A DNA stretch of 63,783 bases, counting the filler, from Octopus bimaculoides (Eukaryota): the NCBI RefSeq assembly GCF_001194135.2. It is 5 parts of 5 records of this genome, joined end to end, with 100 filler letters (N's around TTAATTAATTAA, not from the genome) between each part and the next. Parts side by side here need not be neighbours in the genome. Positions count along the whole stretch, not along the records: positions 61,465 to 63,783 come from NW_026314602.1; 4 more parts are not named here. One strand, 5' to 3'. Both the position numbers and the translations under genes were made by a program. Shown one piece after another: positions 63,661 through 63,783 of this stretch. Below the pieces are notes generated by a model. The model did not search any database and had not been told where the DNA came from. It saw only the letters and a list, made by a program, of their open reading frames with translations. Position 1 is the stretch's first letter; each line of letters starts with the position of its first letter.

Positions 63661-63783
63661 TCCGTCGTCCTCATAGCCACCATCATTGTCACCTCCACGA
63701 ACACCATTATACATACATACACTTATAAACCTGTACATACATATGTATATATACATATATATGTATATATACATATATATGTA

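Overview
AT-rich, microsatellite- and gap-rich eukaryotic genomic DNA. The SINE families and overall repeat make-up look like Octopus; this is inferred from repeat recognition, not from a search. I could not recognise an intact host gene, and most entries in the ORF track are artefacts of microsatellites or N-runs. The window is a mosaic of decayed mobile DNA: several tRNA-derived SINE families, RTE, CR1/L2-like and restriction-like-endonuclease (R4/Dong-like, NeSL/HERO-like) LINE fragments, a full-length degenerate mariner nested in an RTE, a Buster/Charlie-type hAT with a perfect 8-bp TSD, MITEs and hairpins, and a 5' fragment of an RPS23 pseudogene. The main signal the ORF track misses is a set of type I hammerhead ribozyme (HHR) motifs from several sequence families. 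The best is a ~220-nt retrozyme-like repeat in three copies at 57.7-58.6 kb, one with an intact core and a GUC cleavage site. A second family has an unusually long (84-91 nt) loop II (32.3 kb and 37.4 kb), and there are further minimal or degenerate Penelope-type HHRs. Repeat boundaries were read by eye and are approximate unless a TIR or TSD is quoted.
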